64,000 nt of DNA. Source: Planctomycetota bacterium (GTDB taxonomy: Bacteria; Planctomycetota; UBA1135; UBA2386). The notes beneath the pieces are model-generated. The model was not told the DNA's origin and searched no databases. It worked only from the letters and a program-made list of their open reading frames with translations. Both the position numbers and the translations under genes were made by a program. Below, in pieces: positions 47,925 to 56,360 of this stretch; position 1 is the stretch's first letter; each line of letters starts with the position of its first letter. Location of the stretch: NCBI GenBank assembly GCA_046290465.1, contig JBKAGP010000001.1:4000001-4064000 (forward strand), given 5' to 3'.

Positions 47925-49252
47925 GTGGTATCCGGAAACTTGGCCGACGCTGATTTGGCCAGAAATTCTGGCTCGGATCGCTTCGATGAGCTATTCGCGA
48001 CGGTTGGCTTCGGCCGAGTTGGCAGACTGGTGCTCGTGAACGATGTCGGTAACCAGCCAACCAGCCTGTCACGAAGCAGCAGGGCCGTCAGGCCGCGCGT
48101 CGATAGCTGCGAAGCAGCCCGCCGAGACGCTCGTCGGCGACGAGCTCGCCATCTCTCGGCGGTTCGCTGTCGCCTGTCGTGACCAGCCGGTTGCCGAGGC
48201 CCTGATGCGGGCGCTCCGCGTTGTAGTAGTCGACGTAGTTTGACAGGGCCCGCCGGAGGTGTTGCTCTCCGAACAGAATCATCCTGCTGAGGCACTCTCG
48301 CTTGACGCTCTGCACCCACCGCTCGGCAAACGAGTTCATGTTCGGAGCCTGGATGGCGGTGCGCATGACGTTGACGCCGGCCGCGGCGAGGATGCTGTCG
48401 AACTGCCTCGTGAACGACGGCGCGTTGTCGACCACCAGGAACCGCTGCCCATGCAGGAACCCGTCGACCTGATCGGTGAGGTTGCGCGCTACCTGCGCCA
48501 TGAAGCTCGCGTTCGGGTGCGTGGTGACGCCGCTGATCCCGACCCGCCGTGTCGCGTGCTGGATGGCGAGCAGCACGTTGTGCGTGACGAGTCCGCGCTT
48601 GGTTCAAACGTCGACCGTGAAGAAGTCCATGCCGCAGATCGCATCGGCATGCGCCTTCAGGAACGTGCGCCAGCTCGTCGGCCGGTCCGGGCTTGGCTGG
48701 ATGCCGCTGTCTTTGAGCGTGGTCGCGATGGTCGTCTTGCCAACGCGGTGGCCGAGCTTCTTGAGCTCGCCCTGGATGCGCAGGTAGCCCCAGCTCGCGT
48801 TCTCGGTGGACATGCGGACGATCAGCTCGCGGATCGCCTTCATGATGCCGGGGCGGCCAACTCGTCCCTTGTGCGGGTAGGTGTGGTGCGCCGCGATCAG
48901 CCGGCGGTGCCACCTCAGGATCGTGTCGGGGGTGACGATGGTTGCGAAGCTGTTGAGGATGTGGCGGCCCAACGGCTTGCCCTTGGCCGCGAGGCGGCGG
49001 CGCTGGTCGTCGGTCAGGCGGAGTCGCTTCCTGCCGAGCTGTTCCTTCAGCACGTGGTTCTATTCGGCCAGGTAGTCGATGACCTGCGCCTGCTGCCTGT
49101 TGACGAAGCCGGCGAACGCGGCGAGCAGGAACCTGAGCGGGAAGGCGGTGCTCATCAGCCTGTATCGACGCTCGAGTGCCAGGCGGTCTCCCGAGGCCGG
49201 CGCACCGCCGTCATCGAGCCCGTCGCATCACGTCTGGAATACGACTGCCTGT
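47925..49252 (-). mobile_element. Second rve transposase element, transposase (48088-49155) inactivated
   Basis: Paralogue of 43608-44675 with in-frame stops (GAG to TAG near 49061; TGG to TGA at 48604). Confidence 0.9.
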
Positions 49253-49272
49253 GTATACGTCCTCGGTGATGA

Positions 49273-49596
49273 CTAATCAGCGCCGGGATCATCGTCGAGT
49301 TCTCGGGAGAGATCGCGAGCGCCGTGGATCAGTCGGGCTACGCGGATGCCGTCCTCCACCGGCTCGTATACGATGATGAATGTGCGGAGCAGGACGAAGT
49401 AACGGAAGGACCGTCCAGGGGGATCGATCTCCGGCTGGCTCGTGCCGAGCTCTGGCGACTCAGCGAGTCGTCTTAGGGCCTGTTCGAATGCGTTTCGTAG
49501 TCGACGCGCTTGCGTGACGCCGAAGCGGCGGACGGTGTAGTCGGTAATCTGTCGGCGGTCGTCTTGGCTTGCGAGCGAGAGCTCGATGTGGCTCAC
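49273..49596 (-). CDS. parE: ParE/RelE-family toxin
   Basis: [29 protein letters not shown]...LAESPELG...IIVYE...[16 protein letters not shown] overlap with the antitoxin. Confidence 0.88.
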   Translation of the reverse strand: MSHIELSLASQDDRRQITDYTVRRFGVTQARRLRNAFEQALRRLAESPELGTSQPEIDPPGRSFRYFVLLRTFIIVYEPVEDGIRVARLIHGARDLSRELDDDPGAD

Positions 49597-49886
49597 GGCG
49601 CGTCCTTTTGCTGGGCTTCCAGCTCGGCGATTTCCCGGTCCCAGTCCGCAAAGAAGGTATCTGCGTCGACCGTTTCGCCTCGGTCTAGTTGGTCCGCGCC
49701 TTCCTGCACGAGGGCGCGAACGCGTTCGAGTTCGGCCTGGCGGCGGCGCTGCTGATCTTCCAGAAGTCGCAGGCCCTCCCGGACGACCTCGCTCGCGGAC
49801 TGGTATCGGCCCGAGGCCACGCAGTCGGCTAAGAACTCTGCCTGTCGTGGAGTGAACGAGACGCTGATGTTCTCTCGCTGGGCCAT
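49593..49886 (-). CDS. parD: ParD-family RHH antitoxin
   Basis: ISVSFTP...[21 protein letters not shown]. Confidence 0.92.
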   Translation of the reverse strand: MAQRENISVSFTPRQAEFLADCVASGRYQSASEVVREGLRLLEDQQRRRQAELERVRALVQEGADQLDRGETVDADTFFADWDREIAELEAQQKDAP

Positions 49887-50059
49887 GACGGGAGTGTAGG
49901 ACAATGTCGCACACCGTCAAGTCGGTCCGGTGCTGCGTTGTCCGAGAGCTTCATGCCATGCGGCACTCCCACAGCCGATCCGCCTCGACGTCGCGGCTCT
50001 GCTCGATCTTCTCGACGCCGCCGCCGTTGAGAGCCTCGGGGTCGAGGTCGGTGGCCTTC

Positions 50060-50450
50060 CGCGCTCCAGCTTCAACGGTCGCTCACCGGCGGGCCCATAG
50101 ACCTCTAGGATTGTTGCAGGAAGGCCGATACCGCCCTCTTCAATGTAAGCAGCGCGCACGGCTCGACAGCCCAACTCACGCGCCGCATAACTGGGAAGCA
50201 CACCTACGTCTGTCCCCCTAGGAGCATTATTCACAAGCAGCGTCCAACCGCCAACACTCATCCACGCATGTCGACTCAGAACCGCAGCCGGATTTAGCGC
50301 ATCCAAAACGTCAACGAAAGAGCGCCACCTCGCCTCGACGACTCGCCACCCGAGGCCTTCAGCAAGCCACTCGGCAACCGCAGCATGAGCGCATTCAAAG
50401 AAACCGACCTCTTGCGTCAGCTCTCCACCGCTTCCGCTGGGCCAACTCAC
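50060..50450 (-). pseudogene. Truncated hypothetical gene in a lower-GC patch
   Basis: Globular-looking ~130 aa (…NNAPRGTDVGVLPSYAARELGCRAVR…ILEVYGP…) that then runs into unrelated sequence. Confidence 0.4.
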
Positions 50451-50702
50451 GGAACGATCCTCAGCACAAAAACACCCCTCGGGACATTTGCCAGAATCCT
50501 ATACTCGCGCTCCGCTTCTGACGCGCCGGATATTAGCTTTGATGGACTCTCCGCGTGCTCGCGCCGCCGGAAGTCGACGACGCGGTCGGCCGGACTCCGC
50601 CTGCCAATGCTGGGCTAAATCCGCTACCAATGCACCCAGTCATGGTTGTCACATATGCTCCCGCTTGCACGGCCCGCGAGGAGCTCGGGAGAAGGCGCAA
50701 GA

Positions 50703-51011
50703 TCACTGCTGCCAGAGAACCTCCCGTGTTCCATCAGGCCGCCCCAATTCGGCAACGACTCCACGGTCAGCGCACTTCCGTTTACACACCTGTTGCAAAC
50801 AGTCCAACACTCGGCTGTGGACCTCGTCATTAGGTGGCATCTCAATCTCAAGGACCACTTCATCCGGCCCAGTTTCAATGCCACAGATATCAGCCCCAAG
50901 ATCGAACAGCGCGTCATCGACGTCATGACCGACAGACTCCACTAAAGCGTCGACAACCTCTACGCTGGCACCGTAGCCGGGAAGAGGAAATCTGACAAAC
51001 AGCATGTGCAT
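50703..51011 (-). CDS. Small acidic hypothetical protein
   Basis: About 102 aa, acidic, lower-GC codon usage. Confidence 0.45.
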   Translation of the reverse strand: MHMLFVRFPLPGYGASVEVVDALVESVGHDVDDALFDLGADICGIETGPDEVVLEIEMPPNDEVHSRVLDCLQQVCKRKCADRGVVAELGRPDGTREVLWQQ

Positions 51012-51099
51012 GGCAACCACCATCGCGCGCCCGCCACGACGTGTCCACGACTCTTGCCAGCAACGGTGTCGAGCGGTTGATCGGGGCGAAGTGACACCA

Positions 51100-51290
51100 T
51101 GTTGCCCGGATGCCAACCGACGTGAATCGGTCGCTTCGGACTTATCGATGACCAGCTGGCCGCAGCCGGCTTGGGCGGAGTAGGTAGACCGATAGCGCGT
51201 TCCCCGCTGGTACGCGGCCTGCAGCTGTCACGCTGTCGGTGCCCCCGCCACTACCGGGCCCGTCGCATTTCGCCTGGAATGCGATGCTCG
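51100..51290 (-). mobile_element. MITE-like internal-deletion derivative of the rve element
   Basis: 51121-51200 resembles the trailer at 9107-9186; 51237-51290 (GCCCGTCGCATTTCGCCTGGAAT) resembles the upstream segment at 44738 and 49218; no transposase between them. Confidence 0.65.
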
Positions 51291-51359
51291 GCTGAACCCT
51301 GGTCGGCGAGACTCCCGGCCGCCAAGGCGCAGACGAGCCTCCGGACACCACGCGGTCGC

Positions 51360-52685
51360 TCAGAGGGCCTCGACGCGCGGATTGCTGAGCCAGACCACGG
51401 ATTGGTTGACGGCGACGTAGAGGCGTTGCCGCAGTAGTTGATGCTGGATGTCCGCTTTGACGACCGGCTTGTCGTCGATGTGGACGACGAGCTCCTCGTC
51501 GACGGCAATGGTCACGTCGAACGGCTTGCCGGCTGGCGTGTTGATCTCGGCATCTGCCAGGTCGACCCACTTGCCGCCTCGCCATTCGGAGATCATGCAG
51601 CGGTTCGGCGCGAAGATTACGCCCAGGATCTCTTGTCGCGGTAGCTCGAACAGGAAGCGGAACGACTTTCGGCCCTCGATGTCCGCCACCTCAACGCGTG
51701 CTTTGACCGCGTAGCCGCCTTCCGGGAGTTTGCCGCCAAACTCGATCTGGCCGGGGCTCTTGTCGTTGCCGGCCAGGTAGATGCGGTCGCCCTGCTTGCC
51801 GGCGACGTCGAAGGTCAGCAACCAGTCGGGTTTGCTGGACGCGACCTTGCCGGCCATGGTGGCCTCGGTCTTGCTCCAGTCCTTGCCGAGCAGGCCTTCG
51901 AGCAACGCCTTGCGGTTGTCGGCGATGCCCTCCCTCTTCTTCGGCTTGCGCTGCTTCGTCAGCAGCCTCTTGAGGCTCGATTTCCTGCTGTCGGCCAGCA
52001 TGATCGAGCACCACGAGGCGGCCTCGAGCGCGAAGTCGTATTGGCTCGCATCTACGTATGGACCTGCCGCAAGCACGTGCGGCAAAAGCTGGGTTCATCA
52101 ACCGGTCTCAGTACGCGCCTTGAGGATCAGGCTGCGCTCGTCGAAGAGCGGGTCGACGCCCCAGGCACGCTTGGGATTCTCGAGTTCGTCGAGGACGGCG
52201 AACGAGACGACATCGGCAAGCCACGGGTCACCGCGACCGACGCCATGTTCGAGGGCGACGAGCTTGGCCGCCATGCGGATGACGTCATGGCGCACGGACG
52301 CCGGCGCACCGAGCACCGCAAAGCTCGCGTCGCCAAGCTTCGGCACGGCGACGTAGGCGACGTTGCTCTCGTGGTCGCAGAACGCCTGCACCGGAAACGC
52401 ATACGGGCTGCTCTTCTTCTCGACCGTGCGGTAGGCCGCTGCATCGGCATAGAGCTCGACGCGCGGCCACTTCTTGGGCCGCTTCACCTTCTTGAGCAGG
52501 GCGTTGAGCTTCTCGGTTGCCTGCCAGCAACCGTCGATCACCTGCTCGGCGACCGCGGGCTTCATCTCGCCCGGGTGCAGCGTGAGCTGGATCTGCTTAT
52601 CGCCGCGTATCAGAGGCTGCGCCTGGGCACTCGCCGCAGCGGCGGCGAGGACCGCGCTGATGATGACTCGAGATGATGTTCCCAT
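51360..52685 (-). pseudogene. Secreted protein gene split into two ORFs (52098-52685 and 51360-52085)
   Basis: Signal peptide in the first ORF; both halves are in the same frame, separated by TGA-TGA within an atypical ~65-bp segment. Confidence 0.55.
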
Positions 52686-52957
52686 GGCAAGACGTTAGCC
52701 CCCTGTGTGTCGAAAGCGAACTTCGCACCGAGGGGCGTGTCACCTTCGCGGTCGGCGGCTCGTTCCACTTCTCGCTTTCGCACCGGCGTGCTGCATAGCG
52801 GCTCCGTTGGCAGAACGGCGAACTGGGATGGCTCCGATCTGACGACCCTCGAAAGCTGCGCAGCAGCCGGTTGGCGGCTCACCGACGATGATAGGCAGCC
52901 AACACTCGCAGCGCGGCACGAGCGTTTGCCGACAACGGGTAGGGCCCTCCTGCTGCC

Positions 52958-53167
52958 GAGTATGCAACGGCCTTGGTCCCAACCTGACTCCGCCCGACAC
53001 AACCCTGCCCTGCGCCTTCGAACCCTGCAGAGCCCACTAGTCGGATCGTGCGCGAACGGCGTGTCGTCGCGGATTCGCGGGAGTTGATCTCGTCGCCAGG
53101 GCGAGTGTGCAATCGCCTCGGTCACAACGTGGCACCGCCTGGCGCAGGTCGGCACGGCCGGGCACAA
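52958..53167 (+). other. Degenerate attP-like junction (core 53017-53039, 18/23 match)
   Basis: GAGTATGCAAC...CCCTGCGCC-TTCGAACCCTGCAGAGCCCACTA-GTCGGATCGTGCGCG...GAGTGTGCAAT..CTCGGTCACAACGTGGCAC. Confidence 0.85.
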
Positions 53168-53220
53168 CCGACCTCGGATCGTGCGGATCGAGACTCTCTC
53201 GGTCGCTCCCGTCGGCGCCC

Positions 53221-53895
53221 TCACCAGCCAGCAAAGCCCACGGGCACCAGCGGGGGAGCCTCGACGCCCTGCGCCTTCAGCTGCTCTCGGTTCATCCGGA
53301 AGTGCAGCTCCGTCATTGAGTTCACATACTTCCACAGCGGCTCCAGTCCGACAGCCGCGCGCCGCTCGTCGACCTGGCTCGGCGCCTCCAGGGGCTTGGG
53401 CAGGATGCGGCCGGTCTTGCCGTCGTAGTAGACCTGGGTGCCGTAAACCTGCGGGCGGCCGGTGTTGGCGCGGACCCGGTCGGTCAGGTAGGCGAGGTTG
53501 CTCGGGCGCGCGTCGCCACGGGCCACGACGGGCCTCATCGCTTCGACAACGCGATCCTGGAAACCGGGGTCGCGGTCGGCGTGCTGCACCAACAGCCAGA
53601 ACGCCTCGGCCGCCTCAGTGCCGACACGGTCCGCGCCGAGGTAACCGAACTGCTCGAACAACTGCTTGCAGCGTTCGCCGTAGCGGTCCTGCTGCCGGTC
53701 CTTGCGCTCGTAGAACCCGGGATCCTGGATGGCGGGATCACCTTGGATGACCATCTGCTCGAGCTGCTGGTCGCTGGCGCTCATCGCGAGCAACTCGGCG
53801 CGGACCTCGTCGAGGGTTGGAGGGGAGGTGGTCTGGCAGGCTGCGGCGGCCAGCAGCACGGCGCACGCGCTGCGGATCTGGGTCTTGGATCGCAT
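53221..53895 (-). CDS. DUF6624-like lipoprotein
   Basis: Lipobox LAAAAC; DQ...FWLLVQHADRDPGFQ...AYLTDRV...GRPQVYGTQ...VDERRAAVGLEPL. Confidence 0.85.
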   Translation of the reverse strand: MRSKTQIRSACAVLLAAAACQTTSPPTLDEVRAELLAMSASDQQLEQMVIQGDPAIQDPGFYERKDRQQDRYGERCKQLFEQFGYLGADRVGTEAAEAFWLLVQHADRDPGFQDRVVEAMRPVVARGDARPSNLAYLTDRVRANTGRPQVYGTQVYYDGKTGRILPKPLEAPSQVDERRAAVGLEPLWKYVNSMTELHFRMNREQLKAQGVEAPPLVPVGFAGW

Positions 53896-54091
53896 GGGCG
53901 CGGGGACGAGTCTGCCTTGGGGTTACTCCGCGATCACCGCGGACCGCGAGGCTGGCTCGTGGCGCCAACTCGGGCGAGACGACGCCGGCGTGGCAGGCTG
54001 CGCGTCTCGAGGCGAGAGAGCGGCAGCCAACCCAGCGAACGGTCGCCGGCAGCGCGCACCCTACGGCACGCGCTCCCGATCCGGCGGCGCT

Positions 54092-54538
54092 TCAGTCGAT
54101 GTTCAAGGCGACGATCTTGCTGAACTCCCAATCGCCCATCGCGTACTCCGGCACGATCGACACGTACGCATAGAAGTGCTCGCGAGGGTCCAGGAACGAC
54201 TCGTCGAGTTCGGGGAAGTTCCATTCGCGCTCGAGTTCGAGCACGACTTCGTTCTTGCCGTCGGGGCGCACCCACTTCGAGGCGACGTGGCCGACGCGGT
54301 CGTCCCACGGGCCGTTCTTCTGGCGCAGCGGGCGGCCGTCCGGCTTGCACTGGAACTGGTCACGCTGGTTGTTGCCGTCGGCCTCGTAGAGGTAGGCACG
54401 GACGCGGTAGCGGCCGTTCTCGCTGACCTCGCGGTCGCTGAACATGCAGCTGAGCTTGACGACGGCGCGCTCGTTGCTCGGGTTGGCGGCGGACTTGCCG
54501 ACCGTGAGTCGGATCTTGTTTCGGGGGATATCGGCCAT
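54092..54538 (-). CDS. Hypothetical protein
   Basis: GAGGA RBS, MADIPRNKIRL...; strong GC3 bias; beta-rich. Confidence 0.7.
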   Translation of the reverse strand: MADIPRNKIRLTVGKSAANPSNERAVVKLSCMFSDREVSENGRYRVRAYLYEADGNNQRDQFQCKPDGRPLRQKNGPWDDRVGHVASKWVRPDGKNEVVLELEREWNFPELDESFLDPREHFYAYVSIVPEYAMGDWEFSKIVALNID

Positions 54539-54662
54539 GAGTCGATTCCTCGTCGTTGGCGGTTGGGGAAGCCGGCGGCCAACTGCGGCCGCCGTCACCC
54601 TGTTCACGCGAACGGCGCGGGGAATTGACACGCCTTCTCCGAGGTCGCGCACGGCGCGCCGC

Positions 54663-56342
54663 CTACGCAAAGTCGTCGAGCGGCATCAGCCCGGCGCGCG
54701 GCGCCTTCAGCTCGTCGCCGAGCGCCGACAGCACCAGGCGGCCGTATTCCAGCCGCAGTCGCTCGATCCGACTGGTCGCCTGGCGATGCTTGCCGCGTGC
54801 CAGCAACGATGCAAACTGCTTGGGTGAGATGCCGGCGAGCCCGCGCCAGCGGCGCAAGAAGTCCCGGCGCTGCTTGCGCGAATACGTGCGCTCGGGCCGC
54901 ACCGGCAGGGTCGTGAATCCGTATTCGTCGATCGCGTCGTCGTCGAACGGGTTGTTCGCGGCTCGATAGGAGCAGACGCGGTAGCGCTTCTTCCGGTAGA
55001 CGTTGAGGGCCATCTCGCACATCGCGCACCACGTCATCGCCATGTCGAACCAGAACGCCCGTCCGCCCGCATGTTCGTAGCTGTGGGCCGGATCGCACAG
55101 CAGCAGCGCCAGCTCGGGGAAGCAGAGCAGGTTGGCGCCGTTGGGCGCACCAAAGCAATGGAACGCCGTGCCCTTGCCGATCGCGAAGCGAAGGTAGGAG
55201 CGATGCAGCGCGCCCCTGCCGATCCGCCGGCCGTCGGTCAGCCAATCGTGCATCTCCTCGGCCACGCGCGCCTCGGAGCGATACAGCTCGTCGCGTTCTG
55301 GATCGAGCGGATTGGCGACTTCGAGCGAGCGGCCGGGGTCTTCGAGGTAGGCGATGGCGCGATCCCAGAAGCGCTCGACCAGCGTGCGCCAGACGCGGTT
55401 GCAGTCGCGCATCATCGAAGGGGGCGCCAGCAAGGAGCCGCGTTCGATGCGCAGCAGCTCGCGGTGCAGGCGCTGGTGCTTGTGCGGCGAACCGGTCGTG
55501 TCGTCGGCCCAGTGTTCGCGCAGGGCGATGACGTCCTCGATCGCCATCGTGCCGTAGTGGTCGAGCAGCGCCTCGTAGGCCTCGCGGGCCTCGGCCGGCG
55601 CTCCCAGGTGCTCCGGCCCCACGTGGTAGCGGGGCATGCGTACATAGGGTTCGGTCGGAGGAACGACGAACTCCCGCTCGTCGCGATCGAGCAACCACGT
55701 GGCGCTGCCGAGGTGCGGCGGATCGCCGCTGAACTCGACCCCGAACGTCACGTCGACGGTGCCGTCGAAGCCTTCGAGCACGAAGACGTTGCCGACGCGC
55801 CGCGATGCGCGCGGCACCCGGGCGATGTTGGTTCGCGAAGGGCTGAAGTGCACGGCCAACGCGACGACCTTGGTGGGCTGCTGCTGCTGTAGCGCAGCCA
55901 GGTCCGCCGCGTCCATGCGCGGCACCCTCCACCTGCACTCGCACAGACACCGAACCGACAGCCACAGCTCGCAGCCGTCGCCGGTCCCCTCGGCTGCCCA
56001 CGAGAAGCCCTCCGGTTGCCAGTTGTTGGCGTTGCCCGACGAGGGCTCGGGGTCACGCGCGAGGTGGATGTCGACGCCACCCGTCGTCACGACCGAATCG
56101 TCGATCGTGACCCCCGCGTCCTTGCCGGCGTCCGACTCGGTGTAGGCCAGCACCGCAGCGTCGAGCAGTTCGCGGAAGCGATCGGGGTGCTTGCGATTGC
56201 GCGGGTCACACAGATCCTCGACGTCGATGTCCGAGGACGACAGGTAGCTGGCGTTGATCCAGTCCGCCAACTCCTGCAGCGTCGCCAGCTCGGTGCTGCC
56301 GTCGCATTGGCCGCGGGTGAGTACTTCTACGATGAGCGTCAT
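54663..56342 (-). CDS. Hypothetical protein
   Basis: 559-aa ORF with host-like codon bias, 18 bp downstream of the kinase. Confidence 0.75.
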   Translation of the reverse strand: MTLIVEVLTRGQCDGSTELATLQELADWINASYLSSSDIDVEDLCDPRNRKHPDRFRELLDAAVLAYTESDAGKDAGVTIDDSVVTTGGVDIHLARDPEPSSGNANNWQPEGFSWAAEGTGDGCELWLSVRCLCECRWRVPRMDAADLAALQQQQPTKVVALAVHFSPSRTNIARVPRASRRVGNVFVLEGFDGTVDVTFGVEFSGDPPHLGSATWLLDRDEREFVVPPTEPYVRMPRYHVGPEHLGAPAEAREAYEALLDHYGTMAIEDVIALREHWADDTTGSPHKHQRLHRELLRIERGSLLAPPSMMRDCNRVWRTLVERFWDRAIAYLEDPGRSLEVANPLDPERDELYRSEARVAEEMHDWLTDGRRIGRGALHRSYLRFAIGKGTAFHCFGAPNGANLLCFPELALLLCDPAHSYEHAGGRAFWFDMAMTWCAMCEMALNVYRKKRYRVCSYRAANNPFDDDAIDEYGFTTLPVRPERTYSRKQRRDFLRRWRGLAGISPKQFASLLARGKHRQATSRIERLRLEYGRLVLSALGDELKAPRAGLMPLDDFA

Positions 56343-56360
56343 GGTGTCTCGACTCGGGGT

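Noticed and set aside
52095..52100. Selenocysteine or stop-codon readthrough at the tandem TGA
   Set aside because: Other genes use TGA as a normal stop, and the surrounding segment looks like an insertion scar.
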